Source: Tubiluchus corallicola
Lineage: Eukaryota > Animalia > Priapulida
NCBI GenBank assembly: GCA_030141605.1
Contig: JAQGDQ010000463.1
Coordinates: forward strand, 117,141 to 181,140
Length of the DNA stretch: 64,000 nt
Reading direction: 5' to 3'
Below the pieces are notes generated by a model. That model worked only from the letters and a program-made list of their open reading frames with translations. It had not been told where the DNA came from and ran no database searches. Below are positions 27,756 through 41,000 of the stretch, piece after piece. The translations under genes and the position numbers were made by a program. The number at the start of each line of letters is the position of its first letter. The first letter of the stretch is position 1.

Positions 27756-28279
27756 TCTAGATTTCCCAAGTTGGCATCTATGTCTACCAGTTCATGTTTT
27801 GTAGTTACGTTTACGCACGTTATCTTGCAACCAGACCATTGTTTAAAATCACAACGTTGATCTGTGACTTTGCAATAATCGTCTGACAGGCAACCGAAAC
27901 ACACAACGAAAACGACATCTTACTGTTCAAATAAAATTCTAAAATTCGTTTAAAATAATCATTGTGATTATGATGTCTGAACTAAACTTTTTGTATCAAC
28001 ATTTTCGAATAATACAACGTAAAAAATTTCAGCTTAAGTTCTGATCGGCTTGCGCAGGGTCTAAACAATACATTCTATACACTAGGATCGACATTGTGAC
28101 GTAAGCATGTTTTTCAACTAGACCTGTATCATATGACTATCTTTTTAGATTAGTGGAACCTATATTACGCTTGTTCTGAGAAAATTGCTTTGTTTTATAA
28201 CTTTGTTAAAAATTTCTAAATAGTCAAACTCTCATTCTCATGACTGGCCTAACTCCGCAAAAAAATTGTGCAACGACAA

Positions 28280-29465
28280 CTGTCACCAAAATGGTACAGG
28301 TAAAATGGCACAGGCAAAATGGCACAGGCAAGAATGGCAGAAAAAATGCTGCAGGAGGAAATGGCACAGTGAACACTGCACAGCAAAAATGGCACAGTAA
28401 ACATGGCACAGCAAAAAATGGCACAAATGGAAAGTAGGTAAAAATGGCGCACTTAGTAAAATATGTGTTTATGGCTAGAGTTATAGCGGAGGATAATTAT
28501 TTTAGTTATTTCGACCACTGCCAAGGAAGTTATGCTTCAACACTTTGTTTTTTGTTTCCATTTGCGCAGGAAGAGCATGAAATTCAATTTAAAATACGGG
28601 GTGCGCGGTGAAAATGGCACAAATGGAAAAGTAGGTAAAAAAGACACGGTAAAAAAGGCACAGAAAAAATAAATGGAAAACCAGGTAAAAAGGACACAGG
28701 AAAAATTCCACGAATGCAAACCCGGTAAAAATGACACAGAAAAAATTTCACAAATGGAAAAGTAGGTAAAAATGGCACACTTAGTAAAATATGTGTATAT
28801 GGTTAGGGTTATAGCGGAGGACAATTATTTTAGATATTTCGACCACGGACCACTGCCATGGAAGTTATGCTTCAACACTTTATTTGTTTGTTTGTTTGTT
28901 TTTTGGTTGTTTTGGAAGTAAGCCTATTTTGCCATAACTGACTACCTAACAGATTTCCAAGCAACTTTGTGAAAAAGGCGGGTGCCAAAATGGGAATTTT
29001 TTCGCCGGTTCTTTTTTCGCAAAATTTGACCGAACAAAACGAAAAAAAAACATTGGCAAAGCACTTCGTGGAGGTCTCGGAGAGAGTGTTTAATACTTCT
29101 TTTTTGTTATTTTCACGTGGACAAACAACTACGAATTAGTTCCAGAACCATTTTGAGAAATTCTGGCTTGTAAATTAAAACTGTGTAATGCAACCTAACT
29201 TTCCCCGTGCAATTTTTACCGCGCATCTTTGCACCACGTCACCCACACCAATCCCACCACACCCACCTGACCGTGCCACTGTCAGGGAAAAATGGCACGG
29301 TCAAAATGCCACAGGAAAAAATGGCAGAAATGGAAAAGTAGGTAAACACAGCACAGAAAAAGGAATTCAGGAAATATAGTCACAGGGAAAAAAGCCAGAA
29401 GAAAAAGTCAGAAAAAAGAAACAATCCTACCCCTAGCGCTAATCCTAACCCTAACTCTAACCCTA
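28280..29465. repeat. Cluster of AAAATGGCAC-type short repeats with a ~130-bp direct duplication (MITE-like subterminal repeats)
   Basis: Many AAAATGGCAC(A) units; 28418-28545 is repeated at 28748-28882; CCTAACCCTAA near 29445. Confidence 0.65.
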
Positions 29466-29923
29466 AGATATTAAACAAAACGTATTTTTTCACATGTATG
29501 TAATGCCATCATAAATAAATTGCAGTGTCAATATATACAAATCGTGTATTGTCAGTTAGGAACTGATCTAAAATATTTTCTGTTTTATTATTTTAATTGC
29601 TGAAGGTACTTAAATAAATTCTGACCGACTTGAATATTTCTGTTGATTATCTGATTTTCCAAATATCTGACTTTTTTCTTGTGGCTTTATTACCAGTCAT
29701 CCAGAAAAAAATGGAAAAGTGGGTAAAATGGTAAACCTGCTTTGATACAAATAACTTTAATAATAAGAAAACAATTAAAATAGTTACGATGCAACATCTA
29801 ATATACAGTACATGCGGCTTAATGGGATCACTGTCCAATGAGATGTTTTGAAAGTCTGTTAAACGTTTTCTGCAAAGCAGAGAGAGCTTCAAAGGGAGAC
29901 AACTATTCAAGCAATAAAGTATG

Positions 29924-30475
29924 CCCATAGTTTTTAGTCTATAACAGAAACTAGTGGCTGTACTTTTTTAAGTGCTTACCCATAAGCCTGTTTCAGCTAA
30001 AGTCGATTTTGATTACCCATAGTTTTTTAGTCTATAATAGAAAATAATGGCTGTACTTTTTCAAGTACTTACCCGTAAGCATGTTTCAGCTAAAGGCGAT
30101 TTTGATTACCCATAGTTTTTTAGTCTACAGCAGAAACTAATGGCGTACTTTTTTAAGTGCTTACCCGTAAGTCTGTTTCAGCTAAAGGCGATTTTGATTA
30201 CCCATAGTTTTTTAGTCTATAACAGAAACTAGTGGCTGTACTTTTTTAAGTGCTTACCCATAAGCCTGTTTCAGCTAAAGTCGATTTTGATTACCCATAG
30301 TTTTTTTAGTCTATAACAGAAACTAGTAGCTGTACTTTTTTAAGTGCTTACCCGTAAGCATGTTTCAGCTAAAGGCGATTTTGATTACCCATAGTTTTTT
30401 AGTCTATAACAGAAACTAGTGCTGTACTTTTTTAAGTTCTTACCCATAAGCCTGTTTCAGCAAAGCGCGATTTTC
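29924..30475. repeat. Tandem repeat, 6 units of about 93 bp, each containing an exon end and splice donor
   Basis: Units start at 29924, 30016, 30109, 30201, 30294 and 30388; the last unit is continuous with the peroxidase exon. Confidence 0.95.
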
Positions 30476-30640
30476 AGAACTGATTTCCTGCCAAAAATCA
30501 TCTATGGATGTCCCAATTGATAAGCCAACAAGTTTTCTCATGTCATTATAGGTTGGCACACCATGATCCCGACCTCTCTGAATATTTAAGGCTGCTAAAT
30601 CCAGGCCAAAAGTTTCACCGTACAGTACAAATAGGTGATC
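30444..30640 (-). pseudogene. Isolated animal heme-peroxidase exon
   Basis: DHLFVLYGETFGLDLAALNIQRGRDHGVPTYNDMRKLVGL...LLKQAYG then GTAAG. No clear acceptor and no other peroxidase exons recognised in the window. Confidence 0.8.
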
Positions 30641-31520
30641 ACAGGCAACAAATGTGAAAAATTTAATTTGACGCATGCGTAGAGTGCCTGCTATATTCGA
30701 GCAAATTGTGAGGTACACAATGGAAGCCATGTTCTAATTAATACAAAATCATTGCTTAGAATTATGTACTGGCAATTGGTAAATAAACCGCAATGGCTTA
30801 AAGTTTGGCAATCACAGTTTGCTGGAGTCTAGCAGAAAGAAAAAGAGAGTGAGAGCAAAATAGAGAGAGAGACAGAGTGGGAGATGAAAGGGGGACTGGA
30901 GAAGGGCACGTGTATGTACTTAACATAGACACATAAACAACAGAGATAGGTGGAACAGATTGGCACGTAAATAAGCAATTAAACAAACAAAAACATCACC
31001 CTTAACAATTGAAATTTGCAAGGAAATTTTATTTACTAAAACAAGGACAACAAACCGCAATTTTAACAAGATTTTAGGTAAACAATTTCTACTCCTTCAG
31101 CAGAAAACATCTTACATACAATGCAACTACCTCTATATTAATTTGTAAGTAAAAGGGTAGTTTATGTATATTTTATATATGTAGTTTAAGTATATAATAA
31201 ATATAAGTAAAAATCAATGCCCAATGTTCTCACATATGGGAAACTACATATAAGATACATGTGAGTAATATATGTGATAACACTTTTAAAAAAGTTTGCT
31301 AAAATTGTATTAATTCAAACACTATAAAGATGGGTCTTCAACTACGTAAACAAATAACCTATGCTCGTCACACCCACATAAACAATAAGTTAGTAATTTA
31401 TAACAATTATAAAGATATTATAGCGACATTTTATTTTTATATAATAGGTTTTATTATATATAATGTTAAAATTTACCACTGTTTAATACAGTTTAGAAAA
31501 AGACATTCAGCTTTCAACAC

Positions 31521-32061
31521 TTAGTATGGGCGGTGGGGGCGGTGGGTGCGGTGGGGGCGATGGCGGCGATGTCGGCGGGGTCGAGGTTTAATTTGTTTGT
31601 CTATTAATTTCTTGAGGTTGAAAGTGAAATCGACTAAAGCTTTGAAGGCGTCCAGAATCTTGCGAGAAGAGACTGGTTGACACTTCTCCGGGTCATCTCC
31701 AGTGAATGGACAAGTGGACGGGAGATCGAAACTGACACCGCTCTCGATTTCGATGTTGTTCCTATCCCAAGCAATGATGTCTCCAGGGCGGTTGAAGCAC
31801 GTCATGCTTATACTTTCTAAACGAAAAAAGAAGACAAACTGTTATCACATGAATTACAACGACAAATTCAAAATAATCAAACTCTAATTCGTTATAACCG
31901 ATGAGATTCTCAGAATAAACAATTTCAAATTCAAGTTTCCAATGTGCTTCTTCTCCTTCCCCCTCTTTCTTACTCTTTCTCTTTCTCGTTCTTTGTCACC
32001 CTCTCTCATTCACTCTCTCTCTTTTTCCTTCTCTATGTCTCTCTCTCTCTCTCTCCGTGTG

Positions 32062-32095
<34 letters not shown>

Positions 32096-35000
32096 CATGT
32101 GTGCATGTGTGCGTGTGCACATGTGCGTGTGCGCACGTGTGTGTAACACACACAAATACAACTACGTACACAAATGTATGTACATTTTAATCGTAAATCA
32201 TTATTGAGTTATAGCAAAAATAATTTGATTTTATAAAAAACAATAAAATTTTATAATCAAATAATCAAAACAAAACGTTGCAAAAAGGCGTCTTGAAAAA
32301 ACTATAAACGAAGATTTTGGTTTGAAATCTAAACTCTCCAGCCTAGGTTATCTTAATTTTGTATCTTACCTGTTTTTATGCATATATGAATGTCGAATGT
32401 CTTAAAAGTCTATAATACGTAGCATTCTGTGCTAGAGAGCACAAGCATTACACCCCATTTTAGACGGTATACTTATAAATTATGTGGTTAGATCACATAG
32501 ATGATTGGTATTTGTTTGTTTGTTTGTATTGTTGTCAGTGTTGTTTGTTTACTATCTGATAATTACGTAAAAAGCAATTGACGGCATAGTTAATAATTGT
32601 TTCTCAATTTATCACAGTTTAAAACACGAGTAGGTACAATGACCCTTCATATAATGATGTATCGCTTTTGGCTTTTCGTACTCGCTTTTTCTGGTTTTGT
32701 TTAATCAAGAAAATCAAGAAAAAAGTTTATATAAAACAGAAGAACAAAGAAATAAAGAATGTTATTTCAATATTAATTCATTATTAAGATGTTGTTTATT
32801 AGCATAGACGATCATATCATTTTCAATGCTATAAATAAATAAAAATATTAATAAAAAAGCCAGAACAAATAATAACAATCTTTACAATTTTCTTTACAAA
32901 AGACAATTTTAATTTTCACTCTTGTGCTTGTGTAATGACATAATTTATTTTGTCTTGATTAGTAGTGACATAATTGTACCATTGTTTGTTTTGATTGATT
33001 GATTGCCCGATCTATAGCGTACCTTCTTGTCATTGAGAAAACTGGCTGGTATGAACGCCCATAACAAAGATGACAAAATTGTACAGGTAAATTCAATTTA
33101 ATGTTTTATTACCTATCAAATCAGTGGTTGCTTCTGTTGAAGATATGAACAAGTCGGTCATCCGTCCGGCGTAATGAAGGATTGTTAGACCATCGATAAT
33201 AAAGTCACGTGTTAAACCAGACCCGGTACCTACAAACCAGTAGGACCCATTAGTACAATTCAATTCAGTTTATTTACCCAAATACCGTCGTAGTACATGG
33301 GCAATATACATGATAGTAACATAATAGTAACGTAATGAAATTCTATATTGTTAAAAAAACTTGCACATCATTGAACGGTAAACTACACATTCAAAAATTG
33401 ATAATATAATCAGTGTTTCCACAACTGTGAGCAATAGTGCTGTACAATAAAATGAATTTACAATTAAAAATACAAGAGAGGCTGTAATTAATTACATAAG
33501 TACATGGATTTAAAACTTTTCATTTCATTTCTAACATTTAACACATTTACATTATTTAAAAGATAGTTTTTGTAAAATACTAAACATATGAAATTGAAAT
33601 TGGCACTTTATGTGTGTTTTGTGTTGGTGACTTGAGTTTTTTGTATGCAGTGGGTTTTAGTTTGTTGATATGATGTAAATGTACGAGAGGTTTTCATCTG
33701 CCACTATGACGTAAATGTACGAGAGGTTTTCATCTTCCACTATGATGTAAATGTACGAGAGGTTTTCATCTGCCACTATGATGTAAACGTACGAGAGGTT
33801 TTCACCTGCCGTTATGATGTAAATGTACGAGAGGTTTTCATCTGCCATTATGATGTAAATGTACGAGAGGTTTTCATCTGCCACTATGATGTAAATGTAC
33901 GAGAGGTTTTCATCTGCCACTATGATGTAAATGTACGAGAGGTTTTCATCTGCCACTATGATGTAAATGTACGAGAGGTTTTCATCTGCCACTATGATGT
34001 AAATGTACGAGAGGTTTCATCTGCCATTATGATGTAAATGTACGAGAGGTTTCATCTGCCATTATGATGTAAATGTACGAGAGGTTTTCATCTGCCACTA
34101 TGATGTAAATGTACGAGAGGTTTTCATCTGCCACTATGATGTAAATGTACGAGAGGTTTTCATCTGCCACTATGATGTAAATGTACGAGAGGTTTTCATC
34201 TGCCACTAACGACAGACTACTGAGTGAACGTTGATGACAACAATAAGGTGTGATTTCACATTATTTAATTTGAAGGCTAGTTCAGTATTTTTCAGTTCAT
34301 TTTTGAATTTTTTATGTGACTGCAGATTTTACGTTAACATTTTTTAGATTTTAAAAAATACTAAAATACAAATACGGAAATACATAGGAAATACAACTTA
34401 CAATTATACAAAAATATAAATTTGGTCAAAATACAACAAGATATTCTAGTGGGATGGTACATTATTTGCAAAAGTTTGCACTAAATTACTGCAATGCAAA
34501 ACTGGTATCACCATAAATACATAAATACCAACATATATTTCATTTATATAAAACTCATTGCATAAATTTATATTGTCTTTACTTGATGTGTCTTCATATG
34601 CTGATGATTAATAGATATATTATTATTCTGTATGTACATACGTATTGGCATTGTATATAATATTCTAATCTAATCTAATCTAGTCTAGTCTAGTCTAGTC
34701 TAGTCTAGTCTAGTCTAGTCTGGTCTAGTCTAGTCTAGTCTAGTCTAGTCTAGTCTAGTCTAGCCTAGTCTAATCTAATCTAATCTAATCTAAACTTACT
34801 TTTCAAAAGATCTTTTGGACAAATTTGCAATAGGACCAACATGAAGCTCACGCAGGTATTGTCTATTGTCATAACTAGGTATGGTATGTTGTCAAAACTA
34901 GGTATTGTCTTATGTCATTATTAGGTATGGTCTATTGTCATAACAGGGTATGGTCTATTGTCATAACTGGACATTGTCTATTGTCATAACTGGGCATTGT

Positions 35001-38000
35001 CTATTGTCATAACTGGACATTGCTATTGTCATAACTGGGCATTGTCTATTGTCATAACTAGGTATGGTCTATTGCCATAACTGGGCATTGTCTATTGTCA
35101 TAAATAGGTATTATCTATTGTCGTAACTAGGTATTGTCTATTGTCATAACTAGGTATTGTCTATTGTCATAATTAGATAAGGTCTATTGTCATAACTAGG
35201 TATGATCCATTGCCATGACTGGGCATTGTCTATTGTCATAACTAGGTATGGTCTATTGTCATAATCGTGTATGGTCTATTGTCATAATTATGTATTGTCT
35301 ATTGTCATAATTAGGCATGGTCTGTTGTCATAACTAGGTATTGTCTATTGCCATAACTGGGCATTGTCTATTGTCATAACTGGGCATTGTCTATTGTCAT
35401 AACTGGGTTTTGTCTATTGTCATAACCAGGTATTGTCTATTGTCATAACTAGGTATTGTCTATGGTCATAACTAGGTATTGTCTATTTTCGTTACTTGGC
35501 ATTGTCTATTGTCATAGCTGGGCATTGTCTATTATCATAACTAGATATGGTCTATTGTCATAATTAGGTATTGCCTATTGTCATAACTAGGTATTGTCTA
35601 TTGTCATAACCACGTTGTGTTCAAACGTCTAATCTATAACGTAGTTTCTAGTCTGTACGTTTGTCATATCGTTATTAATAATGACCATGTTGAAACTAGG
35701 TTAATAGTCTTTCTAATACACCACAAATAATTGTTTAATCTCCCCATTATATAAGCAACCATAAATTCACATTAGAGATGGGCGGGACAGAACCATAAGC
35801 CTAGAGCATCGTAAAGTGTTGAAACACCCCCTGTATGCAGTTAACCAAAAACTGTTATTGTGTTATAATCTGTTTAAGCATTGCTGTCTTGCACTTTTGA
35901 TGAAATCAATTTCAAAAATGAGCAAGCAGTCGTTAAGGACAACCGCCATATTGTCTAAACTGTGTTGTTTACTCATGCTCAAACATGTTGAAGAAATTGC
36001 ATGTTGTTCACTTGTTTTTTCATCACTTACCAAACAAGTCCCCATCTAAATACACTTTCAGGACTCCCCCGGAATTATAAGTTAAGCACAGATGGTGCCA
36101 GGTGTCCTCACTCAGAACTATACTTGTAAATCCATGTATTGTTCTGTAAATCATATAAATAATTATAAAACAACTAGCCAATCCCCACAAAAGCATTTTA
36201 TGCATGAATATTCCGCATGATTTTTGCTTATAGGAATAATAACAACGACAACAACAACAACAATAATAATAATAATAATAATAGTAATAATAATAATAAT
36301 AATAATATTAATTCAGTTAGTCAGTCAATAAGACAGTCAGTCTGGTGGCCAATCAGTCAGTCAGGTGGTCAGTTGGCTAGTCAGTCAGTCAGGTGGTCAA
36401 TGAGTAAGTCAGTCAGTCGGTTAGTTGGTCAGTCAATCACCCTCCTGAAGTCACGAGAAGCTCGATCTACGCATGCGCGCGTATTTACTCAGCTACAATT
36501 TAAATTTACTTACAAGGAAAAAACAGGTGTAACGATGAATAAAGCACTGTCCTCGATAGAAAAAGTTAAAGAAAGTGTCCCAGCATCAGCTACATCGACG
36601 GATAAATCACCGTTATTCATAACAAGAAATGGAAATGAGGAATTTGTCGAAGCAACCATCGCCAGGTCAGCTGGATCGGTGGCAGGATCAGGCTTCAACC
36701 ACTACGAAAACCAACAAAAACTAGTGTACGTTTCTGACTGTATCAAAAATTGTGGTAAGATTATGATTCAGTGACTTTAAATACTATAATAATAATAATA
36801 ATATAAGTAATAAATACATAAATAATGTGCAGACGTGGATTAATTATATACATGCAGAAATATTATATTTGTTTGTTGATTAATCTTCACTTTATCTTCA
36901 CTTTATCTTATCTTATCTAACCCTAACGTCGGAATAAAGACATTTATAAACGTAGAAATACTTCTTCTTCTTCATTTACAAAACGAAAATAATGCGCTGT
37001 TGCAGACGCAATCTCACTTTTGACAGCTGATTTTAGCTTGATTGATATCTGGATCGCTGATCGACTTTTTTTCCGATTTCAAACCTTGTAATCGATTAAA
37101 CTGTTTCTGTATTTTTAATACAGGAAATTAAAAACATTTATAGTCAAAACCAAAATTTCACATTAAAAAATTAAAATTACGCCAAAAGTTTCGACAATCT
37201 GCTGTCATCATCAGTGGTATATTTACAAGCATACAACCAGTTCATATATGCAGAGCCTATTATGCACTAATTAAGTAGTTGATAGAAATCAAATAGGTTA
37301 TGAATAAACAGACCAGTAAAGAAATTGATACAGTAAATTATGCACTTATTATGTATTTACAAAAGTCAAAAAGGTAATGAATAAGCAGACCTGAACAGGA
37401 GAAATTGATACAGTAACAAATAACTAGGTGCTTGAAAATGAACATATAGGAAATGAACTCCTTTGAAAATTAAGAGAAGGCTTATTAGGGTATATAGATA
37501 AACTTTCTTTTGTTAATAAGTTCCAGTTATTTCTATGTCTGTATTTGATAATCGTGTATTTGATGAAAACGTCTAGCACGTTTTCATCTCGAGAAATGAG
37601 ATGCACCAAAAGCTAAAACATTGTTGGCTGTTCATACTCACCATACACCACGTCAACTCGCTTACAGGAAATGCAAAATTTGAAGGAAAATTTACTGGGG
37701 CGATCTGTTCAGCCGATGACCAGCTGAGGTCAAAACCTTCCAAGCTGTCACAAGGTACAAGCTCTGTAAAAAATATCAATAAATAAATATGGGAGAATCT
37801 GTTGTGATGAAATAATAATTAATAAAATAATCATCTTGATGGTGTTGGTAATAATCACAGTTTATATTTTTCAGTATTATTTAATCACATTATGCTTATT
37901 AATTAATATTTGAACCTATCCATATAATGTTTACATATCCGGATCAATGTACATTATATTTCCTATATATTAGAAAAATCTGTAAAAATTTAAAAATAGG

Positions 38001-41000
38001 ACAGCTTTTGCAAAACCTTGATCAGTGAACTCTCAAACTTAGCATAGAAAAACCTATGTCTAAGCTACTTTGCTTACAAAAAAACCGGACCCAGTCTTAA
38101 ACTGCAGGTCAAAACAAACTACTCTTTAAAATATTGAAATGAAACGTACTATTTTTTCAAGAATGACATACGCGAAAGAGTTGTTAACATAAAAACACAA
38201 TTTCACGTTCATTGCCACTAGTTCTTCACGGGTACATGTATTTCGTCATTCGTTAGTTAGATGGGTACTAGCGCCTGCATGTCGGAAATGCATAGCACAA
38301 AAAACGGGTGCTGTACCTTCAAGTTCAGATGTGTTAGTTTGTGACGAACTACACACGTTCGACAGCTCATGCGTGAGCACAGCCGTAAATATGGAAATTG
38401 AATTTTTATCTTAACTGCTAGTTTTAGTGCACCACACTGAAGATCTTACAGTAACACTGTACTTCAATTTTCGTAGGTTATAGGGTGCTTTTGTACAACA
38501 GACAGCCCTTTGACCAATGGCTCGCCCGAATTGGAGTCATTAGAATTGTTATACCATTGTTTAGCAGAAGTGTGCAATACAAGTCGTTTACTACTATTAT
38601 ACTGTGAAAGCACATCTTCTATATTAGTCAGTTAGCACATAAATTTCATTCTAATATTGGAGGAAACGCTTCATGGGGTGAGGGGGAGTAGGTCCCTCCC
38701 TCTCTCTGTCTCTCTAGTTGTCTGCAAAAAAAAAACAAAGTGGTAACTGTAATCAATTAGGGCCTGTCTCATTAAGATATTTTTTCTTACCGTTTTCTAA
38801 AGCCTTTTCTGCTTCTCGAACTTTCGAAGCAAGATTTCCTAAATTCACCGAGTATTGACCATCAGTGACAGTGTTTAATGTCACCAAAACAGTCAGAACC
38901 TGAAAAATAAACAATTTTGTAGGAAGCGAAAATTAACTAAAATAAATAAATTGAAATCGAAATAAATTATGATGTGATTATGATATTACAAGAATTTCAC
39001 TTACTTCAACAAAGAAGCATAAAGATATCTATTTTATTTTATTTTTATTTTTTTATTTATAATGCATCTGTGAACAGAAGTCATGAGACTTGTATGTCCA
39101 TTAAAAACATCGTAAAATATATCGGCAGTGTACAGAAAGTAAAATTACAGCTAAAAGTACAAAATTCATGGTACATAGTTAGTACAATAAAAAACACACA
39201 AGCACATGCAAATCAATTAAAAGTACAGATTTCATGGCACATGGTTAGTACAATATAAATACACAAGTACGTGCAAATAAATTAAAAGTACAGAATTCAT
39301 GGCACATGGTTAGTACAATATAAAACACACAAGTACATGCAAATAAATTAAAAGTACAGAATACATAGTACATGGTTAGTACAGTATAAAACACACAAGT
39401 ACATGCAAATAAATTAAAAGTACAGAATACATAGTACATGGTTAGTAAAATATAAAACACACAAGTACATGCAAATAAATTAAAAGTACAGAATACTTAG
39501 TACATGGTTAGTACAATATAAAACACACAAGTACATGCAAATAAAATTAAAAATGCAGGTAAAATGGTTGTAAAACTAATTATTTTGATAAAATTGTATA
39601 ATTACAGTTAAAAATTTACATTATACATCAAATCGCGCATTTTCTTGTAAATATTTTTTAAATGTTGCATTTATTTTAAATACTGGCTTGTTTTATTTTA
39701 CTGGGTAAATTTTTTCAAATTTTAGCACAATTGTACATGACAGAATGTTTCATAACGTTGGTTCTGCACTTAACGTTGGAAATGGAATCGAATTTGATAT
39801 GAATTCATACTGCTATTATAATTGAAAAAATTGTGATAAACATTTAGCAAAAAGATTATCAACATATTTGAACAAATTCGTGGCTGCTCGTGTATAAGTA
39901 CTGTGGTACTGCAGCACCCCCTGTTTTCACTCATTATTATCGAAAATATTTAGTATAATAAGTCTTTTTTCTTTAGTTATTTTTTTATACTTGTGGTGAA
40001 CCGGAGCACGTGAGGGAAGAAAAGTTTGCTTCACAGTCCTAACAGGGTTGTGAATGGCTGTTCTGCGCATGTGTTTGAGATAACACGCTACTGTGTCTGC
40101 CAAAGTACTGTGTCTACCAAAGTAACAGTTGCCATTTGCTTACCGTGCACCGTAACATTCTGGCTTATGATAAAGTGTAAACTTAGCGTGTGAGCTTAGA
40201 ACAAAAATTATTTAATAATGGACGCCTTGCATCCCCAAGAAATAAGTTCTGTGACTGTAAGTGAACTACAACAGCTTAATTTTTCACAGTTGTCTCTCCA
40301 TGAGAAAGTTGCAGTTAAGAAAAGAAGCAGTTCAACACCCGATATACAAATATAAGTACAACATTAAAATTACACGTTTGTTACGTTTTACACAGTATCA
40401 AAACAACAAGGACTAAGAATTTTTTAAAGCAGAACCAGCACTAATTTTAGCTACGAGTCGCCATTGGGTATCTACATCCCGTATCTTAAAATCTTAAACA
40501 ATTAATGAATACGTACATTTAATGATTGTTTTATAGTACATGATTTTTATATGAACACTTGTTTTTGATTATTGTCTGCGTGTGATGGAAAATAAATTTG
40601 TTTAGAAATGAAATTTATTTACTTGGCCTATTTATGTGTGATCTCAAGTGTGAGAATGTATTACGGCGCGTTCAGACTAGCAAGTTTTCTTTCTGACAGC
40701 AAACTCGCAAGCGTGTGAACTACTTTGCGAGTTACCTTCGGCAGTTATTGCAAACTCTCCGACAGTTACTGTAAGTACACGCTTGTGAGTTACTTGACGA
40801 GTTACTTGGCATGAAAACTCACTAGCCTGAACCCTCTGTATCCTGAATAATGACTTTTTCATTTATGAAAGTACAAGACAAGTTAAGTACACAAAATAAA
40901 TACAAACTATTTCAGCGTGAAAGTATAAAGAAACTTTACAAAAACCAAGCAACACGTTCTGCATGTTTTGCATTTAATTATAATATTGATTTACATTATG

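Noticed and set aside
29440-29466. CCCTAA telomere-like units
   Set aside because: Only a few degenerate units within a MITE-like repeat.
33657-33992. ORF with ADENLSYIYIIV repeats, and a possible CRISPR-like look of the 36-bp array
   Set aside because: Head-to-tail minisatellite with no unique spacers; the frame is broken by 35-bp units; it lies in an intron.
36217-36774. 185-aa plus-strand ORF with poly-N
   Set aside because: Simple repeats plus the antisense of a real minus-strand exon.
40144-40158. Alternative first exon MLRCT|GTAAGC for the pentraxin gene
   Set aside because: Phase-compatible, but it lies inside a hAT-like remnant; 41627-41595 gives a better signal peptide and donor. 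Not fully excluded.
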